DNA of 64,000 nucleotides from Candidatus Omnitrophota bacterium (GTDB lineage Bacteria; Omnitrophota; Gorgyraeia; Zapsychrales; JANLHA01): NCBI GenBank assembly GCA_038222225.1, contig JBBRHV010000001.1, positions 13,864 to 77,863 of the forward strand, read 5' to 3'. Shown piece by piece: positions 63,999 to 64,000 of this stretch (position 1 is its first letter; each line of letters starts with the position of its first letter). The notes under the pieces were generated by a model. It saw only the letters and a program-made list of their open reading frames with translations, ran no database searches and was not told where the DNA came from. The position numbers and the translations under genes were made by a program.

Positions 63999-64000
63999 GG

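Noticed and set aside
6126-63998. Possibility that the 57.9-kb frame is several genes, given the embedded Tat signals and housekeeping-like domains.
   Set aside because: It is not supported by the sequence. Stops were not exhaustively excluded by hand. The argument is that the ORF track reports no + strand ORF over 137 aa across the region, and that every point translated was open. Gene fusion is therefore kept as an evolutionary hypothesis in the findings, not as the annotation.

Overview
The window has two parts. (1) 1–5458, + strand: a Tad/Flp-pilus-type locus. It holds a 5'-partial Cys-rich protein (1083 aa, 1–3265; function unknown, with a perfect 42-bp in-frame tandem duplication at 2870–2953), a TadE-like pseudopilin, TadB-like and TadC-like membrane proteins. 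A 667-bp AT-rich leader follows (5459–6125) with a sigma70-like promoter, TGTCCA-type repeats and two hairpins. (2) 6126 to the window end: a single + strand open frame (codons start at positions divisible by 3) of at least 19,291 codons, with no stop in the window. I conclude it is open because its sense-frame translation is coherent domain-bearing protein at every point checked (start, middle, end, many sites between). It is also open because the ORF track shows no + strand ORF longer than 137 aa after position 6000. I could not exclude every stop codon by hand over 57.9 kb. The track's missing entry fits an ORF that has no stop in the window. Reading the sense frame by eye, the giant protein is a mosaic: N-terminal TM anchor, a C39-like papain-fold peptidase, four separate multi-TM clusters and a beta-barrel-like segment. 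It also carries a GNAT domain, an alpha/beta-hydrolase-like domain, a degenerate LytM/M23-like domain, a near-complete FKS1/callose-synthase-like GT48 module with flanking TM bundles, a cytidylate-kinase-like domain, two DUF2934-like motifs, an HD motif, a Rossmann methyltransferase-like region and an HExxH motif. Two twin-arginine signal-peptide-like segments are embedded in it. There are several in-frame tandem repeats (12, 51, 180, 228 and 564 bp). A short peptide motif of the form [G/A]-T-N-x-A-V-L-S recurs at least 20 times in the C-terminal two-thirds, mostly at domain junctions. All minus-strand ORFs on the track over this region are antisense and treated as spurious. A giant gene next to tad genes with weak Shine-Dalgarno signals resembles the giant-gene loci reported in Omnitrophota-like small-celled, possibly epibiotic or predatory bacteria. 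This taxonomic hint is inference only. All domain calls come from by-eye motif recognition and need HMM and structure confirmation.
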